From Bacteroidaceae bacterium (GTDB lineage: Bacteria > Pseudomonadota > Alphaproteobacteria > RF32 > CAG-239), in the NCBI GenBank assembly GCA_963641885.1, contig CAVIDY010000001.1:2855-66854 (forward strand): a DNA stretch of 64,000 bases, in the 5' to 3' direction. Of the stretch, positions 29,925 through 37,322 are shown piece by piece. Both the position numbers and the translations under genes were made by a program. The notes under the pieces were generated by a model. That model was not told where the DNA came from, searched no databases, and saw only the letters and a list, made by a program, of their open reading frames with translations. Numbering within the stretch: position 1 is the stretch's first letter; each line of letters starts with the position of its first letter.

Positions 29925-32900
29925 TCATTTTGCAAGCAATAACTTCAAGCATGCGCATTTAAAATGCTTTAGCTTGTTTATGTATAAATATATCACCGGC
30001 GTAAAAAATATGGTTAAAAACTGGCTGCACAGCAAGCCTCCGACAATGCAAACCCCCAGCGGTTGACGCAGTTCGCTTCCTGTACCTTGCCCCACAATCA
30101 ACGGCATTCCTGCCAAAATCGCGGCGATTGAAGTCATTAAAATAGGGCGGAAACGGCTTATTGCTGCCTTATAAATTGCCAGTTTCGGAAAATATCCCGA
30201 ATTTTCTAAATTATTAGCTTCTTCAACCATTAAAATGCCGTTTTTCAAAACCAAGCCAACAATCATTATCATGCCGATCAAAGCCATTACGGAAAAGTCC
30301 ATACGCCACAGCCAAAGTGCTGAAACCACACCAATCAATCCGGACGGAACGGTTGAAAGAATTGTAAGCGGAGCCGTATAACTTTCATATAGAACACCTA
30401 AAATAATGTAAACAGCAATTAACGCCAGCAAAATCAGCCAAACTTCATTTTGCATGGCTGAAGCAAATTCTTTTGCCGAGCCTTGCGGCTGCCCTAATAT
30501 ATCCGCTGGCAGTTTCAACTCATTGCGTGCTTTTTCAATATGCGCTAAAACCTCGCTCAAAGACACCCCATCCGCCAAATTGAATGAAATATTAACTGCA
30601 GGCAGCTGCCCTTCACGATTTATAACCAACGGACCCGCCGAATCTTTTTCCAACTTAGCAACTGAACTTAGCGGAATAAGCTCGCTGTTTAAAGGTGAAC
30701 GTAAATAAAGGTAGTTAAAGCTATCCGCAGTTTGCGCATACCTATCTGCTAGTTTCATCACCGTTTTATATTGATTCTCTTGAGTTTGAAACTCGCTAAT
30801 TTGTCTTTGCCCAAAAGCATCATAAAGCAGTTGATCAATATCTTCGACAGATATTCCATATTGCGCGGCAAGTTCACGGTTGATGTTGAGCTTACGCAGA
30901 CGCGTGCCAATTTGCAAATCGCTGCGCACGTCCATAAACAACACATCTTCAGTCAATTTATCAGTCATTTTCTGCGCCCATGTATAAAGCTTTGACATAT
31001 CTGCCGACTTCAAAGTATAAACATATTGCGCTGTCGATTGAAATGCGCTGAAATTCATATCTTGCACTGCTCGCAGAGACATTTTAATCCCCGATACTTT
31101 GTTAAATTGCTGGCGCAAATCATTTATCAATTCTTCCTCCGAGACATCGCGATCCTTACGATCTTTCAACACCAGCCAAAACTTGCCGTTGGAAAGAGAG
31201 CTGAAGTTCTTGTCGCCAATAGCGTGCGTATAGGTCAAAATTGCCGGATTTTTTGCAATTATTTCCGCCAGCTGTTTATGTTTTGCCGCCATATCCGAAT
31301 ATGAAATATCTTCTGCCGCTTGGGTGCTTCCGCTAATATAGGCAATATCCTGCAACGGAAAAAATCCTTTATTCATATAACAAAAACCTATCACCGCCGC
31401 TAGAACAGTTGAAATAAACAACGAAAGCACCACGCTTTTATATTTTAGTGACTTATACAAATAAAACGCATAAACCCTTTCCATAAGTTTTTTTTCTTTG
31501 ACCACCTTTAAGGGTTTTAAATATTTTGCCGCCAGCATTGGAGCCAAACTTAAACTGAAAACAACCGAACACAATATTGTTATGGCAACCGTTGCCGCAA
31601 ACTCCAAAAACAAACGACCTACCACACCTTGCATAAAAAACAACGGCACAAAAGCGGCAATCAGCGAAAGGGTAATTGCAATCAGCGTGAAAAAAATTTC
31701 CTGCGACGCCTCTGTTGCTGCCTCTGTTGGGTTTTCGCCGTTTTCCAAATGATTATAAATATGTTCCACCACCACAATAGCGTCGTCAACCACAAAACCG
31801 ATAGCAATGACCAAAGCGGTCAACGTTAAATTGTTAATGCTGAATCCGCACAGATACATACCGCCCAGCACTGCAAATAATGAGATTGCCAAAACCGCAC
31901 CGACAATAAGCGTCGCCATCATACTGCGTAAAAATATTTTCATTACTGATAACACTAAAATAAAAGTAATTATCAAAGTAATTTGTATTTCGTGCAAAGA
32001 AGAACGAATGGTACGTGTTCTGTCATTCAAAACCGAAAGCTCTGCCGTCTGCGGAATCATTTTCTGCAAATACGGCAACATTTCCCGAACTTTATCGGCA
32101 ATCTGCACAATATTTGCATTCGGCTGTCTTTGAATTTCTATACTGATACCGGAATGCCCTTCCGGCCAAGAATGCACAAATTCATTTTCCGCTCCCAAAG
32201 TTACTTCCGCCACATCTTTCAAATAAACAGAATGTCCATTATGCTTGGCAATTACAATATTTTCATATTCCTCCGGTAAAAAAAGCTGATCATTAGTCTG
32301 CAAAACAATAGTTTCCTTTTCGCCGTAAATATTGCCTTTTGCATGATTTACACTCGCCTTTTGTAATGTAGTGCGCAATTCTTCCATTGTAATATTCAGC
32401 GCAGCCAATTTATCCGGCAAAACTTTTACCACCATAGCCGGACGCCGCTGCCCAATAAGGTTAACTTCCGCCACGCCGTTAATTTGCATAAGCTGTTTGG
32501 CAATAATATTCTCCGCCAAATCGCTAAGCGTTGTAACTGGTAAATAATCCGATTTCAGAATCAAAACCAAAACCGGCATATCTGCTGGATTTACTTTTTT
32601 CCAACTCGGCTGCGACGGCATATCCTTAGGCAGTTTTCCCGAAACATTGTTAATTGCCGCCTGCACTTCCTGAGCCGCCGCGTCCACAGAACGAGACAAA
32701 TCAAATTGCAAAGTAATGGTTGTCCGTCCTGAACCGCTGCTTGATATAAGGCTGTTAATTCCCGACAAGCCGCTAAAAGCATTTTCCAGCGGAGAAGCCA
32801 CTGCCGATGCCATAGTTTCAGCACTTGCCCCAGGGAAGTCAGCAGTTACTTTTATTGTTGGTATATCGGTTTGCGGCAGCGGCGCTAGCGGCAAAAGCGG

Positions 32901-32996
32901 AATAGCTGCTAAGCTGCAGACCAAAACCGCACATGTCAGCAAAACCGTAGCAATCGGACGTTTAATAAACCAAAAAGAAAAAGACTTATTGTTCAT
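29925..32996 (-). CDS. RND efflux transporter permease (AcrB/MdtB-C family)
   Basis: 1023-aa ORF starting FWFIKRPIATVLL, with 12 TM helices and two large periplasmic loops. Confidence 0.93.
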   Translation of the reverse strand: MNNKSFSFWFIKRPIATVLLTCAVLVCSLAAIPLLPLAPLPQTDIPTIKVTADFPGASAETMASAVASPLENAFSGLSGINSLISSSGSGRTTITLQFDLSRSVDAAAQEVQAAINNVSGKLPKDMPSQPSWKKVNPADMPVLVLILKSDYLPVTTLSDLAENIIAKQLMQINGVAEVNLIGQRRPAMVVKVLPDKLAALNITMEELRTTLQKASVNHAKGNIYGEKETIVLQTNDQLFLPEEYENIVIAKHNGHSVYLKDVAEVTLGAENEFVHSWPEGHSGISIEIQRQPNANIVQIADKVREMLPYLQKMIPQTAELSVLNDRTRTIRSSLHEIQITLIITFILVLSVMKIFLRSMMATLIVGAVLAISLFAVLGGMYLCGFSINNLTLTALVIAIGFVVDDAIVVVEHIYNHLENGENPTEAATEASQEIFFTLIAITLSLIAAFVPLFFMQGVVGRLFLEFAATVAITILCSVVFSLSLAPMLAAKYLKPLKVVKEKKLMERVYAFYLYKSLKYKSVVLSLFISTVLAAVIGFCYMNKGFFPLQDIAYISGSTQAAEDISYSDMAAKHKQLAEIIAKNPAILTYTHAIGDKNFSSLSNGKFWLVLKDRKDRDVSEEELINDLRQQFNKVSGIKMSLRAVQDMNFSAFQSTAQYVYTLKSADMSKLYTWAQKMTDKLTEDVLFMDVRSDLQIGTRLRKLNINRELAAQYGISVEDIDQLLYDAFGQRQISEFQTQENQYKTVMKLADRYAQTADSFNYLYLRSPLNSELIPLSSVAKLEKDSAGPLVINREGQLPAVNISFNLADGVSLSEVLAHIEKARNELKLPADILGQPQGSAKEFASAMQNEVWLILLALIAVYIILGVLYESYTAPLTILSTVPSGLIGVVSALWLWRMDFSVMALIGMIMIVGLVLKNGILMVEEANNLENSGYFPKLAIYKAAISRFRPILMTSIAAILAGMPLIVGQGTGSELRQPLGVCIVGGLLCSQFLTIFFTPVIYLYINKLKHFKCACLKLLLAK

Positions 32997-34080
32997 CTAC
33001 TTGCTCCGCTTTAACATCGGCATTGTTTGCTAGTTGCGAAAAACCATCGCAGATAATTTCATCGCCAGCGTCAACGCCCAAAGAAATAACTGTTTCTTTT
33101 TCATTTTGATAGCCAGTTTCAACTGACTCTATTTGTACTTTGCCATTTTTTACTTTATAAACAACATTTCCATTCAAGCTTGGGCGCACTGTTTCGTTTG
33201 GCAAAACCATCGCATTTTCTAAAACTTCGTAAATTAGTTTAACTTTAACAAACTCGCCGCTCCATAATGTATCATTATCATTGCTAAATTCTGCCTTCAG
33301 CTCCAAAGTTCCGCTTTGCTTGTCTATTTGATTATCCACCGCTGAAACATATCCTTTAGCTAAAACTTTATCGTTCATTCTATCCAAAGCTTGAACTTGC
33401 AATTTACTATCTTTATTTAAATACGGCAACAAATCTTGCGAAACCGAAAAAACGACTTCAATAGGATTCGTCTGTACCACCGTTGTTAAAATTTTTTCTT
33501 CTGAAGCCCGCACAAAATTACCTGCATCCATTTGTCTTAAACCAACTTTGCCGCTAAAAGGAGCTCTGATTTCCGTATATTCCAAGTTAACGCGTTGCAG
33601 CACAACCTGTTCTTTGTCTTTTTTAACCTGTGCAGTTTGCTGCTTATACAGTGATTGCTGTTCTTCCAGCGCTTTCTGCGAAACCACAGAACTTTTGTTC
33701 AATTTTTCAAACCGCTTTAAATTATTGCTTATTTCTTTTAATTTAGCCTCATCTGCCGCCAAATCAGCTTCTGCTTTATCCAGCTCCGCTTCAAAAATGC
33801 GGTTGTCAATCTTTGCCAGCACCTGCCCTTGCTTTACATTTTCGCCTTCATTAAATAAAATCTCCGTCAATACACCGTCAACCTGCGGGCGCAGTTCGGC
33901 TTTTTGCTTGGGCTGAACAACCCCGATTGTCTGATAGGTTAAAGAAATTTGCCGCGGTTTAACTTTTATAGTTTTAACCGACGGAATCTCCTCTGCATTT
34001 TTATTTCCGGCATTACGTTCCATATTATAAAAAAGTCCTAATAAAATCAGACACAAACAAAAAATAATCGTTTTTTTCAT
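32986..34080 (-). CDS. RND efflux periplasmic adaptor (membrane fusion protein)
   Basis: 364-aa ORF with an N-terminal anchor and lipoyl/coiled-coil/beta-barrel MFP signatures (VKQGQVLAKID, YTEIRAPFSGKVG). It overlaps the pump gene by 11 nt. Confidence 0.9.
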   Translation of the reverse strand: MKKTIIFCLCLILLGLFYNMERNAGNKNAEEIPSVKTIKVKPRQISLTYQTIGVVQPKQKAELRPQVDGVLTEILFNEGENVKQGQVLAKIDNRIFEAELDKAEADLAADEAKLKEISNNLKRFEKLNKSSVVSQKALEEQQSLYKQQTAQVKKDKEQVVLQRVNLEYTEIRAPFSGKVGLRQMDAGNFVRASEEKILTTVVQTNPIEVVFSVSQDLLPYLNKDSKLQVQALDRMNDKVLAKGYVSAVDNQIDKQSGTLELKAEFSNDNDTLWSGEFVKVKLIYEVLENAMVLPNETVRPSLNGNVVYKVKNGKVQIESVETGYQNEKETVISLGVDAGDEIICDGFSQLANNADVKAEQVDEQ

Positions 34081-34155
34081 CTTTCATCTTCCTATTTTGC
34101 AATGGATTTACAGCGGCTATCTGAAAATTGGCTGAAAATTTTTTACAAAAAACTC

Positions 34156-34186
34156 TTGACCTAAAGCGTACTCTAAGGATTAAATA
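34156..34186 (+). promoter_or_regulatory. MerR-type promoter (19-bp spacer) upstream of the flavoprotein gene
   Basis: TTGACC - TAAAGCGTACTCTAAGGAT (19 nt) - TAAATA, followed by an AAGGAGG Shine-Dalgarno. It is nearly identical to the element at 35968. Confidence 0.5.
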
Positions 34187-34209
34187 AATATCAAAGGAGG
34201 ATAAAGAAT

Positions 34210-34752
34210 ATGACTAAAAAAATTTTGATAATTTCAGGAAGTCCGCGCGCACACGGCAATTCAGATATTTTGTGCGATGAGTTTAAACGCGGAGCCTTAG
34301 AGGCTGGCAACGAAGTGGAAAAAATCCGCTTGAGCGACAAAAAAATAAATTATTGTCTTGGCTGCGGGGTCTGCAACGCCACCGGAAAATGCGTGCAAAA
34401 AGACGATATGGCTGAACTTTTGCAAAAAATGGTCAATGCCGATGTTATTGTTTTGGCAACTCCGGTTTATTTCTATGCCATGAACGGACAAATGAAAACT
34501 TTTATCGACCGCACTGTTCCGCAATATACCAAAATTTCGGACAAAGATTTTTACTTTATTATCACTGCCGCCGACACCATGCAGAAACATATGGAAAAAG
34601 TTATTGAAGGTTTCCGCGGATTTACTGCTGATTGTTTAGATAATGCGCATGAAAAAGGCATTGTCTATGGTTTGGGCGCTTGGCAGAAAGGTGAAATTGA
34701 AAACAACCAAAATGCCATGAAACAAGCCTATGAATTTGGCAAAAATGCTTAA
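34210..34752 (+). CDS. Flavodoxin-fold NAD(P)H-dependent FMN reductase / iron-sulfur flavoprotein-like
   Basis: MTKKILIISGSPRAHGNS plus the Cys cluster CLGCGVCNATGKC. Confidence 0.8.
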   Translation: MTKKILIISGSPRAHGNSDILCDEFKRGALEAGNEVEKIRLSDKKINYCLGCGVCNATGKCVQKDDMAELLQKMVNADVIVLATPVYFYAMNGQMKTFIDRTVPQYTKISDKDFYFIITAADTMQKHMEKVIEGFRGFTADCLDNAHEKGIVYGLGAWQKGEIENNQNAMKQAYEFGKNA

Positions 34753-34760
34753 AAATAACA

Positions 34761-34795
34761 AAAACCGTCCCTAATTGCTAAGGACGGTTTTTATT
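34761..34795. terminator. Bidirectional terminator
   Basis: Stem AAAACCGTCC / GGACGGTTTT between convergent genes. Confidence 0.55.
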
Positions 34796-34796
34796 T

Positions 34797-35384
34797 TCAG
34801 TCTATTTTAGTAAAAGTTCTGCTTTCACTGTCATATTGCAAATGCAGCACTGAACAATTTTCATAGCATACATTTTCCAGTTGATAGCCGCACTGCAAAG
34901 CGCTGATAACTCCGGCATGGCAAACCACTCCGACATTATCTTCCGCTCCGGCGGCAATTTTTTGCAAGCAAGCGTCAACCCGCTTAAAAACATCGTGTTT
35001 GCTTTCTCCGTTTGGAAAATGCAAATCCCAAGTCTGCGGTGTCGGAAACAACAGATTTTGTTCAAAATTGCTGCCAAATTTTTTACGCACTTCCTCAAAA
35101 GTCAAACCTTCCGCCGTGCCAAAATTTACTTCGCGCAAACCGCTCATAATTTCAAAGCGGATACCAGCGTAGTTTTCTATAATGTATAATGCCGTCTGCC
35201 ATGCTCTGATAAGCGGAGAGCAATATACTTTTTCCAACTTCAGGTTTTTAACTTTTTGAGCCAACTCTTTGGCTTGCTGCACTCCTGTTACATTTAAGGC
35301 GTCGTTAATGCTGGCGCCTTGCCATTTTTGCTCCAGATTATGATTTGTCTGACCATGGCGAAAAATATAGATATTCTTCTTCAT
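34797..35384 (-). CDS. Histidine phosphatase (phosphoglycerate mutase) family protein
   Basis: RHG motif (IYIFRHGQTNHN) and a distal His (VVCHAGVI). I place the start at the internal Met MKKNIYIF (35384). Confidence 0.85.
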   Translation of the reverse strand: MKKNIYIFRHGQTNHNLEQKWQGASINDALNVTGVQQAKELAQKVKNLKLEKVYCSPLIRAWQTALYIIENYAGIRFEIMSGLREVNFGTAEGLTFEEVRKKFGSNFEQNLLFPTPQTWDLHFPNGESKHDVFKRVDACLQKIAAGAEDNVGVVCHAGVISALQCGYQLENVCYENCSVLHLQYDSESRTFTKID

Positions 35385-35481
35385 AATGTGTATGTAAAAT
35401 ATATTTTTTAAGATTTTGAATCTTCTACCAAAAGGCAAGAGTTCTTGTTTTTATTGCAAAAAACAAGAACTCTTAAACTAT

Positions 35482-35850
35482 TTAGAACAATGCAATTTTA
35501 GCATCGTTCTCCGACAATGTTTTCATTCCCTCGGGAGCCGTCCAAATCCACAAATTCATGTGGCGGGTTGTACTGTGGCAATACTCCGACGGAAAATACT
35601 GACCGCCAAAAGCGTTAAACAAAGCCGCAGCATGGTCTTTTGTACCGGCAAAATAAGGACCATTGTCTAAAGCCAGTACCTCAAAGTCTAAACCGATAGA
35701 TTTTGAACGGTTAAAAACAACATCGCGCAACACACAGCCGTTTCCTTCACGAACAAAGAAAACCGAACCATTGTTTTCTACTTTACGAAAGACACGCTCT
35801 AAAGCTGCTTTAATCAGAGCTAAACGCTCCTTCTTAGTTTTTAAATCCAT
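35482..35850 (-). CDS. Hypothetical protein
   Basis: 122-aa ORF. I cannot assign a family with confidence. Confidence 0.5.
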   Translation of the reverse strand: MDLKTKKERLALIKAALERVFRKVENNGSVFFVREGNGCVLRDVVFNRSKSIGLDFEVLALDNGPYFAGTKDHAAALFNAFGGQYFPSEYCHSTTRHMNLWIWTAPEGMKTLSENDAKIALF

Positions 35851-35967
35851 AAAATACAGATTAAGTTCAACAAAAATTTACAATATAATTAAAATACGGC
35901 TTTAACCTAGCATAATTTTTCATTTATAGCAAGTTTTTTTGTCAAAAAATTATTATTTAAAAAACGC

Positions 35968-35998
35968 TTGACCTAGAGTGTGCTCTAAGAATTATTAT
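35968..35998 (+). promoter_or_regulatory. MerR-type promoter (19-bp spacer) upstream of the membrane metallophosphoesterase gene
   Basis: TTGACC - TAGAGTGTGCTCTAAGAAT (19 nt) - TATTAT. The spacer contains the imperfect dyad CTAGAG-TGTG-CTCTAA. Confidence 0.5.
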
Positions 35999-36022
35999 AT
36001 ATGAAGTGAAAGGATAGTAAAA

Positions 36023-37138
36023 ATGCGTATGTGGATTATACTTTTTGTAATTTTGATATTTTCAACTCTTGCTGGTTTAGCCTATTTAAGCAGCCGCGTG
36101 GCTAAGTTTGCCTTTATGCTAAAATTAGCGGGTGGCAGCACCAAATTGCTTTATCTCTACAGCCTTATTGCCGTATTGGCTGTTTTCGGCATACTTTGTT
36201 ATAGCCTGAATTTGATGAACGCTGTTATTGTTTTGTTGCATTTAATGATTTTCTGGCTTATCAGCGACCTTGTTTTCGGCATTATTGAACACTATCAGCC
36301 ACAGCCGTTTCAGCATTACTTTGCCGGTATAGCCGCTTTGGCTTTAACTTTTATCACCTTAGGAACTGGCTGGTTTTTAGACCATCACGTTTGGACGACT
36401 TATTACAATTTGGAAACCTCCAAAACCGACAAGCCGCTCCGTATCGTGCAATTTGCGGATTCGCATATTGGCACTACCTTTGATGGTGGCAAGTTTGCTG
36501 AATATGTAGAATATATGCAGTCGCTCAACCCCGATGCAGTAGTTATTGTCGGCGACTTTGTAGATGACGACACTATGCTTGCCGACATGCAAAAAGCCTG
36601 CGCCGCTTTGGGCAAGCTCAAAACCACCTATGGCGTATATTTTGCCTTTGGCAATCATGACAAAGGCTATCACAGTCCTGAAAAACGCGGATACACTGGC
36701 TATGACTTAATCAAAGAGCTGCAAAAAAACAATGTCACAGTTCTGCAGGACGAAACCGTATTGATTGCTGACGATTATTATATTTTAGGACGTCAGGACA
36801 GTTCGGAATTTTACCGCGGCGGCAAGCGTGAAAATATGGACACACTGGTAAAACCTTTAGATAAAAGCAAATACATTGTGGTTTTAGATCACCAGCCGAA
36901 CGACTACAAAAATCAAGCTGCCGAAGAAGTTGACCTAGTACTTTCAGGTCACACGCACGGCGGACAGCTTTGGCCTTTGAACAAAGCCGGAGAATGGATG
37001 GGGGCTAATGATAAAACCTATGGTTATGAACGCCGTAATCTTACAGATTTTATTGTAACTTCAGGAATTTCTGACTGGGCGATAAAATTCAAAACCGGCA
37101 CAAAATCAGAAATAGTGGTTATTGACATAAACAAATAA
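36023..37138 (+). CDS. Membrane-anchored calcineurin-like metallophosphoesterase (YkuE-like)
   Basis: N-terminal TM helices followed by DSHIG, GDFVDD, GNHD and GHTHGGQ motifs. Confidence 0.85.
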   Translation: MRMWIILFVILIFSTLAGLAYLSSRVAKFAFMLKLAGGSTKLLYLYSLIAVLAVFGILCYSLNLMNAVIVLLHLMIFWLISDLVFGIIEHYQPQPFQHYFAGIAALALTFITLGTGWFLDHHVWTTYYNLETSKTDKPLRIVQFADSHIGTTFDGGKFAEYVEYMQSLNPDAVVIVGDFVDDDTMLADMQKACAALGKLKTTYGVYFAFGNHDKGYHSPEKRGYTGYDLIKELQKNNVTVLQDETVLIADDYYILGRQDSSEFYRGGKRENMDTLVKPLDKSKYIVVLDHQPNDYKNQAAEEVDLVLSGHTHGGQLWPLNKAGEWMGANDKTYGYERRNLTDFIVTSGISDWAIKFKTGTKSEIVVIDINK

Positions 37139-37174
37139 AAAACTACATAGATATCTTCCAGCAAACTGGGCTTC

Positions 37175-37209
37175 TACAGAAAAGGCATCTAAAAGATGCC
37201 TTTTCTGTA
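37175..37209. terminator. Strong terminator hairpin
   Basis: 15-bp stem TACAGAAAAGGCATC / GATGCCTTTTCTGTA with loop TAAAA. Confidence 0.7.
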
Positions 37210-37322
37210 CATCTCAAACCGGAGCTAACCTATATGTTGATAATACATTAAAGAACACCAAACACAAAAGCACCAGTCTCAATAATGAAACCGGTGCTAA
37301 ATTTTTGCTGTTACAGCGCTTT

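Noticed and set aside
29925-34080. I checked whether the RND pump and adaptor form a tripartite operon with an outer-membrane factor.
   Set aside because: No OMF gene is adjacent, since tRNA-Thr lies downstream. The only TolC-like gene is about 17 kb away at 51233..53116 and is transcribed separately.
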